Source: an uncultured Pseudomonadales bacterium
Lineage (GTDB): Bacteria > Patescibacteriota > Microgenomatia > UBA1400 > UBA12028
NCBI GenBank assembly: GCA_964635905.1
Contig: CAZWPK010000001.1
Location: 288,293 to 352,292 of the forward strand
Direction of reading: 5' to 3'
Length of the DNA stretch: 64,000 nt
Part shown: piece by piece, positions 10,992-20,476 of the stretch
Position numbering within the stretch: position 1 is the stretch's first letter
How the letters are laid out: every line of letters begins with the position of its first letter
Notes under the pieces: model-generated
What the model was told of the DNA's origin: nothing
Database searches by the model: none
What the model saw: only the letters and a program-made list of their open reading frames with translations
Program-made: the position numbers and the translations under genes

Positions 10992-11972
10992 ATGCCGTAC
11001 GACTATCGTCCGCGACCTGATAAGCAGTCTGCATCCCGACAGTCACTTTCTACACTGTTGTTCAACTTGACTCCTCGGTTCCGTTCAATGGTGATGTTCA
11101 CTGCAATTGTGTTGGGTGTGCTGTTAGGTTCTGGCGTGCTTGCTTTCATGGGAGTATCCGCATGGAGCTCACAAGGAACAACAAGTTTTGGTTTCGCTGT
11201 GTTTGATCCACATGAATCGGTAGAGGTGCGCAAACATGTTCGCATCGTTTGGGTAGATCTTCCGTCAAAAGTCATTCGAATTGTGGCACTTCCGGATGAA
11301 GCGGTCATTTCAACAGCTGCCTACGGACAATATCCCATCAGTAGTATCTATGACCTGTTTGTGATTGAAAAAAAATCAACCGATGAGCTTCTGTCATTTC
11401 TTTCCTTGCAACTTCGCGTTCCAATTCAAGCCTTCGTAGTTCCAACACGACGAAGTTTGGATCAAGCCTCGGTACGTGCCTTGGGTTCGCACATGCTGTC
11501 ATCCCGACATCATTCCTTCTCACTCATTGAGCGGTTGCGACTAGGCCTCTTTTTTCTGACGACTTCTTTTCCGGTTTCACAAACGAGTGTCACGGCGACG
11601 CAAACGCAGACGTTTCCCACACTGCCCACTAGTTACTACGACTACGCCACGCGATTTTTGACGCATCCGGCGATCAAACAGCAGCAGCCGACGATTGCGA
11701 TCTTGAATGCGTCGGGAAAAGCTGGAGCAGCACGGTTCGTCGCAGATATCATTACCCAATATGGGTTTGTCCCTGTAGTTGTCACCGATAGTGATCAACG
11801 CGTAGAACGGGGGAAACTGTATCGAAAAGAGGAAAGTAACACGCAAGTGACACAATTCTTATCAACCTTGGTGCATTTGAGTGATGAGATCGATACACAG
11901 CAGACACAACGCTATCGAGCGGATTTTGTGTTGTACGTAGGAACAGAATTAGCGGAGTTGATTACTCCATGA
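10992..11972 (+). CDS. Membrane-anchored LCP-like protein with LytR C-terminal domain
   Basis: N-terminal TM; C-terminal IAILNASGKAGAARFVAD...ADFVLYVG typical of LytR_C. Confidence 0.75.
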   Translation: MPYDYRPRPDKQSASRQSLSTLLFNLTPRFRSMVMFTAIVLGVLLGSGVLAFMGVSAWSSQGTTSFGFAVFDPHESVEVRKHVRIVWVDLPSKVIRIVALPDEAVISTAAYGQYPISSIYDLFVIEKKSTDELLSFLSLQLRVPIQAFVVPTRRSLDQASVRALGSHMLSSRHHSFSLIERLRLGLFFLTTSFPVSQTSVTATQTQTFPTLPTSYYDYATRFLTHPAIKQQQPTIAILNASGKAGAARFVADIITQYGFVPVVVTDSDQRVERGKLYRKEESNTQVTQFLSTLVHLSDEIDTQQTQRYRADFVLYVGTELAELITP

Positions 11973-12702
11973 AGTCGCGTTCTTCCACTGCCTGCGGTTC
12001 TGGCTCTTCCATTTCATTTCCAGTCTCACGGGTGTCTAACGGAGCTTCATCTAACAACACATCCTCATGAATTTGATTGGACCTTCCAGCAATGTTTAAC
12101 GGAAACGAGGTAGCGTATGGACTATTTTTGGCTTTCACGATCTCCTTGATGAAGACGACACAGCCTTTCTTTGACGTCGACTGGACAATAACGGAATAGG
12201 TATTTCCGGCAGTAATTAATTTTTGTAATCGAAACGCAATATCATCCGGCAGCGAACCGAGATAGGTACCGGTGCAAGAAACGACGTTGACGCGATGGTT
12301 TTTAACGACTAAATTACACTGCAATGCCATCGGGGTGGATTGAAGTATTTCTGGATCCGCTAATTTTTGAAGTGAAACAGATTTGGTTTTCCCTGGTTCT
12401 TCAATAAACTCTTCACCTGCACTGGATGATTGTAATCGTTGGGGTTTTACTTTGTGCTTGAGCATGGAGAGATATTTCGTGGCAATGGGATTAAAACGTT
12501 CTATTTCTAAGACGCTCTCATAGATACGTTTTGCCGCGGTATAGTTTTCAAGCTGCATTTCACAGAAAGCTAAACGATTTAACGCTCCGATGTTTTGTGG
12601 TTCTAAATCGAGGATGGCTTGGTTCTTTCCTTTAGCCTCCTCCCAGTTTGTATGGGTAGCAAAATCGATGGCTTGGACGGTGAGTTGGGCGACAGAATTC
12701 AT
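11962..12702 (-). CDS. Tetratricopeptide-repeat protein
   Basis: TPR-like W..A...N..IL...P.NI.ALNRLA, followed by a conserved-looking beta-rich domain (FIEEPGKTK). Confidence 0.75.
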   Translation of the reverse strand: MNSVAQLTVQAIDFATHTNWEEAKGKNQAILDLEPQNIGALNRLAFCEMQLENYTAAKRIYESVLEIERFNPIATKYLSMLKHKVKPQRLQSSSAGEEFIEEPGKTKSVSLQKLADPEILQSTPMALQCNLVVKNHRVNVVSCTGTYLGSLPDDIAFRLQKLITAGNTYSVIVQSTSKKGCVVFIKEIVKAKNSPYATSFPLNIAGRSNQIHEDVLLDEAPLDTRETGNEMEEPEPQAVEERDFME

Positions 12703-12811
12703 ATTTTTTTTCTATGCATGCAAGAGTACGCAAAATCTCTTAAAGATGCAAGTTGTAACTTGCAAACATGGTAGAATACCATGGAGTTACTCAAAGATAA
12801 ACACAAACACT

Positions 12812-13366
12812 ATGGCTGGTCACAGTAAATGGCATAACATTCAAAAACGCAAAGGTGTGCAGGACAAAAAACGCAGCAAAGAATTTACTGCCGTGGCACG
12901 CCTCATTATGTCATCAGTCAAAAAATCAGGTGTGACTGACCCTGAACAAAATCCCACACTTCGATTAGCGTTAGATAAGGCACGTGCCGTCAACATGCCC
13001 AATGACAATATTAAACGCGCAATCTCCCGAGGCTCCGGAAAAAGTGAATCCGGTGCTGCCTTAGAAGAAATTTTGTACGAAGGCTACGGACCGTTTGGAA
13101 TTGGTTTTATAGTCCTAGCTCGCACCGATAATAAACAGCGAACGGGAGCAGAAATTCGCAATCTGTTTTCTGCTCACGGAGGATCATTAGCCGGTCCTGG
13201 GGCTGCAGGATACCTCTTTTCTATGTCGGAAGGGGAGTATACCCCCACTATTACCGTTGACCTACCAACGGAGCAATTAGAGACGATTGATAATTTTATG
13301 TCAGAGTTAGAATCACAAGACGACGTGGATGGTGTGTGGCATAATGCAGTGAGCTCTTCCAATTAA
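12812..13366 (+). CDS. yebC: YebC/PmpR family protein (short, 184 aa)
   Basis: MAGHSKWHNI, NP.LR.A..KA...NMP.DNI.RAI, YEGYGP.G, TDN..RT, DDV..V.HN; start reassigned to 12812. Confidence 0.93.
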   Translation: MAGHSKWHNIQKRKGVQDKKRSKEFTAVARLIMSSVKKSGVTDPEQNPTLRLALDKARAVNMPNDNIKRAISRGSGKSESGAALEEILYEGYGPFGIGFIVLARTDNKQRTGAEIRNLFSAHGGSLAGPGAAGYLFSMSEGEYTPTITVDLPTEQLETIDNFMSELESQDDVDGVWHNAVSSSN

Positions 13367-13386
13367 CAGGGGAATACTACAAGTGT

Positions 13387-14154
13387 ATGCGTAAGCGTGA
13401 ACGGTTTATTATTTCATCGATTCTCTTGGCATTCGGTCTGCTTGCAACTCAATTCGTTTCCTCCGACATCCGTCCGATTGCGATCGTCCTTTTTTTCATC
13501 GCTTCGTATCTGACCTCCGCTTGGGCGTTAAATAAAACGCTCAACGGTTTGGAGTGGCTGACCGTGGTTCCCTTTCCAGCCTTTTACTCACTATCAGTAT
13601 CACTATTTTACTTTTTGTTACCTTCCAATATTTTTTCGCGTGTCGCCATTTTACTTCTCTTTGGTGTCGGAATGTATGCGTTGTACTTAGCCTCCAACAT
13701 TTTTTCAGTTGGAAAAGTAAAAACAATTCAGTTATTACGGGCAGCACATGCGGTGGGCTCTTTATTTCTTTTTTTACTTTGTCTGTTCTTTTTTAATTTC
13801 GTACTGTCGCTGGGACTGTCTCCACTTCTCAACGGTCTCTCCATTGGAGCCTTTGTCTTTTTGCCGATTCTTTGTGGCATTTGGTCCATCGAGCTGCTAC
13901 CCACCTTATCCTCGCGCGTCATTGGGACAACTGTCTTTTTGTCACTAGCCTTAGGTGAGATTGGTGTTGCGTTATCAATGCTCCCAATCGGCTTGTGGGC
14001 ATCTTCGTTGTATCTCACGGCGATTCTCTATGTAGGCTATGGAATCATTCAGAATTACTTCATCGGTCGACTCTTTGCCAAGACGCTGCAGGAGTATATC
14101 TGGCTCGTCTTGTTTGTCTCTACGTCACTTCTAGTCCTTCTGGAGTGGAAATAA
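13387..14154 (+). CDS. Multi-pass membrane protein, unknown function
   Basis: 255 aa, about 8 hydrophobic helices, downstream of yebC. Confidence 0.8.
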   Translation: MRKRERFIISSILLAFGLLATQFVSSDIRPIAIVLFFIASYLTSAWALNKTLNGLEWLTVVPFPAFYSLSVSLFYFLLPSNIFSRVAILLLFGVGMYALYLASNIFSVGKVKTIQLLRAAHAVGSLFLFLLCLFFFNFVLSLGLSPLLNGLSIGAFVFLPILCGIWSIELLPTLSSRVIGTTVFLSLALGEIGVALSMLPIGLWASSLYLTAILYVGYGIIQNYFIGRLFAKTLQEYIWLVLFVSTSLLVLLEWK

Positions 14155-14576
14155 CCGGCTTCGGGTTGTCTTCGTATGTAAGGGTGGAGCAGAGACTCGC
14201 GAAATTTTACTAAGTATCTCCACCATTCCGCTTTTACCCTATGGTCATCCCAACACCAACTTCACTACTAAAATAGTACGACCAAAAAGCAGGAAATAAT
14301 CGAGTAAAAACGTAAAAATAGGGAAGTTAAACCTCTAAAAATGCATTCGACAGATCAGGGGAGAGGGAAGTGATCAAACTATATCATTCACTCTGGAATT
14401 CCCATTACTAAATGTACCCAACGCAAGAATATTATAAGACGTTATGAGATATTTCACGACATGTGGAAAACTCTGAGAGAGAATCGCAGAATACGGTCGA
14501 GACGAGCGTTCAAAAGAAAACCCGAACACATCTACCGGGCATTTCAGGTGCTTGCAGAGAGTTTTCGAACTGGAAG

Positions 14577-14891
14577 CTACTCGCGTCTTTTTCCTTGCAG
14601 GAGATCTCGAATAGTCTCAATGGCATCAAGCGCTCGCCATTCATTGAATCCCTCTCTCCCTTGGAATTCAGATATCAAGTCATTAAAACTGACTTGTCCT
14701 ACGGCAAGCAGTCTCATGATAAGGAATTCAGAATATACGTGTGTATACGATTCTAAGACGGTGGCTTTAGGAATTTCCCGCATGCGAGGAGTACCGAGCT
14801 GACGATGTAGTTCATCAAGCTCTTCTGTGAAGGCTCTTCTTAATATGCTATTACTTTGTTCTAAATAGAGAGCTTCTGAACTTGTTGGCAT
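14577..14891 (-). CDS. Hypothetical protein
   Basis: 104 aa; shares LRRAFTE with the N-terminus of ORF 17895-18557. Confidence 0.6.
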   Translation of the reverse strand: MPTSSEALYLEQSNSILRRAFTEELDELHRQLGTPRMREIPKATVLESYTHVYSEFLIMRLLAVGQVSFNDLISEFQGREGFNEWRALDAIETIRDLLQGKRRE

Positions 14892-15356
14892 ATGTGATAA
14901 ATTTTATCTGAATAGTTGGAGCAGTCAAGGTATATAGTACGTCGTACAATATACCTTTTACGACGTAGTTTCTGGATTGCCGCTCAAACAGCAATCCTGC
15001 TTGTGATCACATTCCATCCCATCGTATTTTTAACCATCTATTGTTGCCGATTACAATTCTCTGACTTCCCGCTGATTGTGTTTAAGATCCCATGTGCTCC
15101 GTATATTCAACCCTATTTTGTTAAACTCCCACAAATCGTCAAAGGTAAGAAAACCCGAAGTTCAGTCGCGCTTCGTGCCACTTTAGTGCATAGAAAGCAA
15201 AAGCAAAAGAAGATAGATGACTAACCATGCTCCCTTCTGCCAAATCACCCGATTTTGGGCGTTTAAATGCCTTTTGGCCTGGTAGATCGTGTATTTGTGT
15301 AGTTCATGACCGGCTATTTTGACATATTTGCGAAAGAAACTTACAATGACAGACAT

Positions 15357-15923
15357 ATGACAGATACATTGAAACCAGTACCAGAATCAGAAGTAGCTCG
15401 GACAACAGTGGCAGAGATCGATGCACGTTTAGACTACTTTAAAGGAATTTTTAAATCAACGTTACCTGAACGAACACTTAAAACGCTGGGACGCTCAAAG
15501 TATACAAAGCGACAGCCAGTCCCAGAATCTGAACTCAAAGTCGGGGAGTATTACTTAATTCGAACAAGAGATTCGTCATTACAAGAAGTTGTCATTCCGT
15601 TTAAACTCGCAACCGTGACGAATGAGGATGCGTATGGCACGCTAGTCACACGACTTCGTGCGGACACACATGACGAAATACTTGGGGCAATTGGCGGTAA
15701 TCAGATTGAAAGTATTTCTATTACTTCTGATGGCTTACGAACGTTCAAACCTGCAGATAAATCTCAGGAGAAGGATGAAACTAAGCCTGATCTAGGTCCG
15801 TTCATCGCTGGACATCTGGCTTCTAGGGATGCAGACTATGTGATATTTCCGCTCACCGTGGAGGAAGCTCAAGAAATTCGTCGTCAAATTGTTTCAAGTC
15901 TTCCACCAGAAAAACGTGATTAA
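15357..15923 (+). CDS. Hypothetical protein
   Basis: Long ORF; likely start MTDT, 9 nt after a TACAAT hexamer. Confidence 0.65.
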   Translation: MTDTLKPVPESEVARTTVAEIDARLDYFKGIFKSTLPERTLKTLGRSKYTKRQPVPESELKVGEYYLIRTRDSSLQEVVIPFKLATVTNEDAYGTLVTRLRADTHDEILGAIGGNQIESISITSDGLRTFKPADKSQEKDETKPDLGPFIAGHLASRDADYVIFPLTVEEAQEIRRQIVSSLPPEKRD

Positions 15924-16260
15924 CACAGTCAACAATTATCTCACTCAAAATTCACCATCCAAGTTGTTTTCACTGCTATCGTTTCCTGAGCGCTCTATTC
16001 CCTATTGTTCCTGACCGGTTTTTGTCGCACAATGAATTAGATTTTGAGTGGTCTTCGTAATTATTTCACTTTATTATAACTACTCAAGAAAACCTGATTG
16101 TTCCAGAGGAATAAATTAAACAATGGTAATTGTAACAATTGTGTTAAAAAGGATGGATAGGTCCACACAAACACCTTACCGGAAAGATTGGCACCCAAGC
16201 ACTCCCTAATGCCAACTTCGAAGTCGACATATTATAGGTCCTAAGATTGGAGGGTAACCC

Positions 16261-17211
16261 ATGAATGCAAACACAATCCTCACTCCCCTGCACGGTCAGA
16301 TCATTCAGTTTTTAGATCATATTGAAGTAGAACGCAATTTAAGTCGATTGACGATTCGAAACTATCGCCATTACCTATCACGCTTTGCAGATTGGTTTGC
16401 ACAAGAAGGCTTTACTGACATTACCCAACTTAATTTGGACATCGTGTTAAAGTACCGCGTCTATCTGTCTCATTTTTCTGACCTCTACGGTCGCGAACTT
16501 ACTAAAAAGACCCAAGGGTATCATGTCATTGCCCTACGTTCTTTTTTAAAGTATTTGGTAAAAAATGATGTCCCCGTGATCTCCCCGGAGAAAATTGATC
16601 TTCCTAAAGGAGAGGGTTTGCACATGCATTTCCTGGATGAAACCCAAATCGAACGTCTGTTATCCCAGCCATTAATCTCCACGAAACAAGGCCTTCGGGA
16701 TCGAGCGATCCTGGAAGTCCTCTTTAGTACGGGACTACGTGTGAGTGAACTTGCCTCTTTGGATCGGGAACAAGTGGATACCCAACGGCGTGAGTTTGGG
16801 GTGATTGGAAAGGGAAGACGTGCTCGAGTCGTTTTTCTATCTGAGCGTGCTGCTTCCTATGTGGAGTCGTATGTCGTTTCCAGATCAGACCACTACTCTC
16901 CCCTGTTTATCCGAATGAACCGTGACGATGCTCCTGATACCGATGGAGAAGCCATGCGTTTGACCGTGCGTACCATTCAGCGCATTGTGGAAAAGTATGC
17001 CAAGGCTGCCAAGCTTCCAATTAAGATCACTCCCCACGGAATTCGACACTCCTTTGCCACGGACCTACTGCATAACGGAGCCGGACTTCGAGATGTCCAA
17101 GAGCTGTTGGGACATAAGAATATCGCAACCACCCAAATCTATACCCATGTGACTAGAGCTGACTTAAAAAAGGTACATGAGAAATTTCATAAGAAAGAAG
17201 AAGCTGAATAA
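16261..17211 (+). CDS. XerC/XerD-type tyrosine recombinase
   Basis: RDRAILEVLFSTGLRVSEL, GKG, TPHGIRHSFAT.LL, VQELLGH, TTQIYTHV (R-H-R-H-Y catalytic set); GGAGG RBS. Confidence 0.96.
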   Translation: MNANTILTPLHGQIIQFLDHIEVERNLSRLTIRNYRHYLSRFADWFAQEGFTDITQLNLDIVLKYRVYLSHFSDLYGRELTKKTQGYHVIALRSFLKYLVKNDVPVISPEKIDLPKGEGLHMHFLDETQIERLLSQPLISTKQGLRDRAILEVLFSTGLRVSELASLDREQVDTQRREFGVIGKGRRARVVFLSERAASYVESYVVSRSDHYSPLFIRMNRDDAPDTDGEAMRLTVRTIQRIVEKYAKAAKLPIKITPHGIRHSFATDLLHNGAGLRDVQELLGHKNIATTQIYTHVTRADLKKVHEKFHKKEEAE

Positions 17212-17212
17212 C

Positions 17213-17887
17213 TTATCTTGTATTTCGATGTAAGAATCCCAAAACAGAGGTTTTTTTGGTACGATTTCCCAGCTTAATCTCTTTTTTGAAACGAGGGTCA
17301 CCTTCATTGTCTTTCCCATCTGCTCTATACCCAGATTTTTCGGCTTGAATACTAGTCCACCTCTTAGGAGTGCTCCTATCCCGTAGGATTATACGCAGCG
17401 TATCCACATTCTTACGTTGCCCCACTTTTTCCCAGATCGAGACAACTAATTTTTCACTTTGATCCAATAATGTAGATCCAATACCCACTGATTTTAAGTC
17501 CTCAAAATTGACCTTGATGTCAGACCAATATTCTACAGTTCTAGTATCAAGTTTTCGTTTGAGTGCATCTATGTTAAGAGATCCTGATGGATCAGCAAAG
17601 ACTGCACGATGTGCAACAATATTGTACCTTGAGTCGATAATACGAACATCGATACTAAAATTTCGTTCATGAACATTCATGGGTTTTAACACGAGTCTAA
17701 ACTTTTCAGATTTGCCATTGACCGTTGTGATGTCAAATGGTGAGGATACTACTTCATTTGTAGGCTCGTTCCCACTAGCGGAGTCAAGAATTTCCCGAGT
17801 TCTTTCTCCAAGATCAACAAATGCTTGTTCTAAATTATGTCGATTGCTAGTTCGAATTTCTTTGGATATTCCTAAGTCTTGGTCCAT
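17213..17887 (-). CDS. Hypothetical protein with GNAT-like motif A; paralogue of the adjacent ORF
   Basis: LKSVGIGSTLL, RDRSTPKRWTSIQAEKSGY; start MDQDLG at 17887. Confidence 0.65.
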   Translation of the reverse strand: MDQDLGISKEIRTSNRHNLEQAFVDLGERTREILDSASGNEPTNEVVSSPFDITTVNGKSEKFRLVLKPMNVHERNFSIDVRIIDSRYNIVAHRAVFADPSGSLNIDALKRKLDTRTVEYWSDIKVNFEDLKSVGIGSTLLDQSEKLVVSIWEKVGQRKNVDTLRIILRDRSTPKRWTSIQAEKSGYRADGKDNEGDPRFKKEIKLGNRTKKTSVLGFLHRNTR

Positions 17888-17894
17888 AGTATTC

Positions 17895-18557
17895 TTAATC
17901 TTTCTTTCTACGGAAAAGGCCTCCAAACAAGCTTCCCCTTCCTTTCTCTTTCAGTGGAACATATTTTTCAAAGTGAGGTAAGTTATGGGGGTTTTCATCA
18001 GCATCATCAATTCTGTTATATCCATGCGTCAAAGCCTGTTTACTTGTCCATCCTTGAGGTCTGCTATGATCGTCTGTTACAAGTCGTAGGTAATCAAAGT
18101 TCGAAGAATCTGACAGCTCTTTCCAGATTCGAAGAAGGAGAGATTCCCTTTCTTCAAAAATTACGGAACCGACACCAACGCCTCCGAGAGATTCTTGATG
18201 AATATGAAGTGATGAGTCATATTGAACACCCTGTTTTTTTGTTCCCTCTATCTCATGTGGACCATTCACAATGAATTCAGCCGCAACAATAGATTCCCCG
18301 TTAGAGTTCAGTAGGTCTAACAAAATATCCGGAGCGACTGTTGTCAACTTCATTTTGTCCAGCTTAAGTCGATATTCATCGACGTTTCCAAATCTATCTG
18401 TGAGGCGCAAAGGCTCAGAAACTATAGCATTAGTCCTGGCAATTGATTCTCTCGAGTGGAGAGCGTTCACTACTTTGTCTTGAAGTTCAGTGAATGCTCG
18501 ACGCAGAACTACTTGATTCTGTTTCTGTATTTCATGACGCTTTTCTGTTTCATCCAT
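17895..18557 (-). CDS. Hypothetical protein with GNAT-like motif A; paralogue of the adjacent ORF
   Basis: LGGVGVGSVIF, DDHSRPQGWTSKQALTHGY. Confidence 0.65.
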   Translation of the reverse strand: MDETEKRHEIQKQNQVVLRRAFTELQDKVVNALHSRESIARTNAIVSEPLRLTDRFGNVDEYRLKLDKMKLTTVAPDILLDLLNSNGESIVAAEFIVNGPHEIEGTKKQGVQYDSSLHIHQESLGGVGVGSVIFEERESLLLRIWKELSDSSNFDYLRLVTDDHSRPQGWTSKQALTHGYNRIDDADENPHNLPHFEKYVPLKEKGRGSLFGGLFRRKKD

Positions 18558-18563
18558 AGCTGC

Positions 18564-19334
18564 CTACAGAGTCTCATAGGATAACGTCACTGTCATGCTA
18601 AAGGTGGTGCTACCAGGTTCGACATTTGTTGGAAGTGCGGCACTACCCACTCCACCACGTCCCTCCAGTGCGACATCTTTTGCCATCATGGGATAGGGAC
18701 TGATGCCACCACCATTGGTGTTTTCGATCACATTGACGATCTTTCCAAGACGTACTCCAGACAAACTAGCCAACTCTTCTGCTTTTTCTTTGGCCCGCTT
18801 AATAGCTACCTCTCGGACTTCTTTTTCTACTTCCCTGCGCTTATCTTCTGAAAGAGTAAAGGTAACTCCACCAATCTGATTAGCTCCATCTTTTGTGGCC
18901 GTATCGACGATCTGAGTAACTTTACTAAAATCTTTGGCTTTGACCTGCAAGTTTACATTGAGCGCATAATTGGTAATGGTTTGAGTACCCGTTCGATAGT
19001 CATAGTTAGGATAGAGACTATAATTAATCGTCTTGATATCCTGTTTCTCAATTCCCATCGTCAAGAGATCTTGATTGATCTTATTGATGACCTGATTTCC
19101 ACGTTCCTGGACTTTTTGAACAGAAGAGTCAGCGACTTGAATACCAAGATTAATCTCGGCTCGATCAGGGACTGCCGTGATCTCCCCTTCCCCAGTCACG
19201 TCAAAGGTCGATTGCTTGTTCGTAGTTGTCTGCGAAATACTTAACGGCAATGGTCCGAAGACACGTGCAGCACCAAGGATTAAACCAAAACCAAGAACTG
19301 TACCTGCCACAGAAGAAAGTAGTGCTTTTTCCAT
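18564..19334 (-). CDS. SIMPL (DUF541/YggE-like) domain protein
   Basis: N-terminal anchor, VTGEG...VPDRA, GANQIGG, A.EKAEELA...GV.LG, EPG......VT..Y. Confidence 0.9.
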   Translation of the reverse strand: MEKALLSSVAGTVLGFGLILGAARVFGPLPLSISQTTTNKQSTFDVTGEGEITAVPDRAEINLGIQVADSSVQKVQERGNQVINKINQDLLTMGIEKQDIKTINYSLYPNYDYRTGTQTITNYALNVNLQVKAKDFSKVTQIVDTATKDGANQIGGVTFTLSEDKRREVEKEVREVAIKRAKEKAEELASLSGVRLGKIVNVIENTNGGGISPYPMMAKDVALEGRGGVGSAALPTNVEPGSTTFSMTVTLSYETL

Positions 19335-19408
19335 AAGTTCTCCAATTTAAAGAGATACTGTGTTTTTACCAGAATACCACAGAATACCCGAGGTATAAAA
19401 GAGTCCTA

Positions 19409-19615
19409 TTAATCACGCACCACAGAGACATCTCGCCTAAGTTGATCAGCACTTATCTCTTTCTTATAAGGTACAACTGCTGGCTGATATTTAGGATGGA
19501 GTGCCATAAAGTAGTAAACTAGAGAACCGCGATTATCTATTTGTGAACCAGCGTATTTATACTCATTTCCAAATATGTAGTAGATACTAGTGAAATTTAG
19601 TCTTTCTGGATGCAT
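19409..19615 (-). CDS. Small hypothetical protein, paralogue of 19628-19849
   Basis: 68 aa; pattern MxPxxL....Y.I...YAG...Y.F shared with its neighbour. Confidence 0.55.
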   Translation of the reverse strand: MHPERLNFTSIYYIFGNEYKYAGSQIDNRGSLVYYFMALHPKYQPAVVPYKKEISADQLRRDVSVVRD

Positions 19616-19627
19616 AACAAATAGTCA

Positions 19628-19849
19628 TTAACTTCGATCATATTCCCTAACTTGATAGAGTTCATCTAAGAGTAAGTACGACGTTCGAAGCCTATTGAGC
19701 CGAGGGTCAGCATCGACTACCCAAGGAATGAAGACATAGGATACTCCATTATCAGTATCTTCATTGATCCCTGCGAATTGTCGAATTCCGAATGTGTGTC
19801 CGTCATCAATTTCGTATGTCCGATAGAGTTCTAGATTATTTGGTGTCAT
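19628..19849 (-). CDS. Small hypothetical protein, paralogue of 19409-19615
   Basis: 73 aa; MTPNNLELYRTYEI...FAG...YVF. Confidence 0.55.
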   Translation of the reverse strand: MTPNNLELYRTYEIDDGHTFGIRQFAGINEDTDNGVSYVFIPWVVDADPRLNRLRTSYLLLDELYQVREYDRS

Positions 19850-19884
19850 AGATATAGAAATGAATATAGCGTCACCGAGTGGGT

Positions 19885-20373
19885 TTATAGTCGATGTCTT
19901 CTGCGATTTTTTGCAATCTCCAAAATCTTTTGCATTCTCTGTTCTGGAGTGCGTGTGTTTGCATCCAGATGATAGGACAAGGTAATTCCATCAGTTTCTG
20001 TGATACCTGAAATTCTCCTCCCCTCCTGCGACGTTGGGAATAATGCTGTGACCACAATTTTGTCTTGATGTCCATCTGGTAAGGCGATCTTATTTGCTTC
20101 CAGCAGTCCAACTGCAATGTATTGAGCGGTGCGGCCTATTTGCCGTTTCTGATCAGCTTCTCGGGTGTAAGAGGTTTCTCGAATAAACGCAGTTGGTGCA
20201 TGTAAAGCTACCCCTACTAAAGCATAGAATTTGGGGTCGAAATACAGGTCGAGCAATAGATCGAAGCTTTCTCCATAGTGGCGAGGTCGAACATGAACGC
20301 TTAACTGATCGCTACTTTGAACATCATACGCACGAAGATTTTTTATCAATTTCTGATATCTCTCTAAATCCAT
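19885..20373 (-). CDS. Hypothetical protein
   Basis: 162-aa ORF; TAGACT 8 nt upstream of the ATG. Confidence 0.6.
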   Translation of the reverse strand: MDLERYQKLIKNLRAYDVQSSDQLSVHVRPRHYGESFDLLLDLYFDPKFYALVGVALHAPTAFIRETSYTREADQKRQIGRTAQYIAVGLLEANKIALPDGHQDKIVVTALFPTSQEGRRISGITETDGITLSYHLDANTRTPEQRMQKILEIAKNRRRHRL

Positions 20374-20476
20374 AGAACTGGAGTCTACAAAATCTTTTTT
20401 TTCGAATCAATAGCCAATCCTATACTATTGGATTGTAGGGTTCTTGTGCATCTAACTATACAGAAAATAATGATGG

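Noticed and set aside
14916-15224. 102-aa plus-strand ORF
   Set aside because: TTG start, no RBS or recognisable motif; cannot be supported as a gene, though not excluded
17200-17220. Replication terminus inferred from the switch in gene orientation near xer
   Set aside because: Minus-strand tRNA and queA also occur to the left and the pil cluster is plus-strand to the right; GC skew cannot be computed reliably by eye
19370-19388. Short direct repeat CAGAATACC x2 upstream of the SIMPL gene
   Set aside because: Only two 9-bp copies; compatible with chance
16261-20373. Integron (tyrosine recombinase plus an array of small ORFs)
   Set aside because: The recombinase is Xer-like with no IntI-specific insertion evident, several ORFs are only 6-12 nt apart, and no attC-like repeats were seen
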